Source of the DNA: Acidimicrobiales bacterium
GTDB taxonomy: Bacteria; Actinomycetota; Acidimicrobiia; Acidimicrobiales; JAUJNH01
Assembly (NCBI GenBank): GCA_038253125.1
Contig: JBBSHM010000001.1
Coordinates: 28,094-92,093, forward strand
Direction of reading: 5' to 3'
Length of the DNA: 64,000 nucleotides
The notes below the pieces were generated by a model, which was given only the letters and a program-made list of their open reading frames with translations, was not told where the DNA came from and did no database searches. The position numbers and the translations under genes were made by a program. Numbering within the stretch: position 1 is the first letter of the stretch; the number at the start of each line of letters is the position of its first letter. Below are positions 63,873-64,000 of the stretch, in pieces.

Positions 63873-64000
63873 TTGAGAGGAACGTCCGCTCTGGAGGACA
63901 ACGTCGCCGATGATGCGCTGTTGACCCCGGCCGAGGTGGCGAGCCTGTTCCGGGTCAGCCCGAAGACGGTCACGCGCTGGGCGAGGGCCGGCAAGCTGAC
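63873..64000 (+). CDS. BldC-like MerR/excisionase-type small DNA-binding protein (partial, runs off the window)
   Basis: ...DDALLTPAEVASLFRVSPKTVTRWARAGKL closely matches the BldC/Rv0500A N-terminal HTH as recalled. The start is ambiguous (TTG 63873 or GTG 63858). Confidence 0.65.
   Translation, partial: MRGTSALEDNVADDALLTPAEVASLFRVSPKTVTRWARAGKL

Overview
High-GC, actinobacterial-type chromosome segment. All calls come from reading the ORF translations, recalling motifs from memory and folding RNAs by hand; no searches were run. About two thirds of the window is conserved housekeeping backbone. As far as I recall, its order matches the Mycobacterium Rv1003-Rv1026 region: rsmI, metG, tatD, rpf, rsmA/ksgA, ispE, glmU, prs, rplY, pth, mfd, mazG, eno, ftsB, DUF501, ppx. 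The left end carries mreB, a sortase and an 11-kb same-strand envelope block: hydrolase-PDZ-Lon protease, sensor kinase, lipoprotein, DivIVA-domain protein and UPF0182. Between an initiator tRNA-fMet (15.6 kb) and about 25.2 kb lies an accessory-looking segment. There, intact genes (HAD hydrolase, MarR plus ClC channel, GH15, USP) alternate with at least five broken gene remnants. The right third holds a sigma-factor partner-switching module, a GH13 enzyme, an epimerase/acyltransferase pair, an NlpC/P60 hydrolase, an alkylation-repair cluster (tag, ada-alkA, ogt), a radical-SAM gene and a partial BldC-like gene. Three tRNAs were found by hand, and two of them lie under spurious ORF-track entries. 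Items most worth a second look: (1) a class-I-shaped tRNA with a UAA (Leu) anticodon; (2) a DivIVA protein ending in a phage MuF-like Cys/His motif; (3) an alpha/beta-hydrolase fused to a PDZ-Lon protease; (4) a GlmU lacking its acetyltransferase C-terminus; (5) a homopolymer frameshift in a conserved acyltransferase; (6) two conserved genes that seem to need CTG starts; (7) an unknown 428-aa gene inserted antisense in the eno-ppx block. No CRISPR array, intact mobile element or recognisable defence system was seen. Most long ORF-track entries opposite the called genes are high-GC shadow ORFs.
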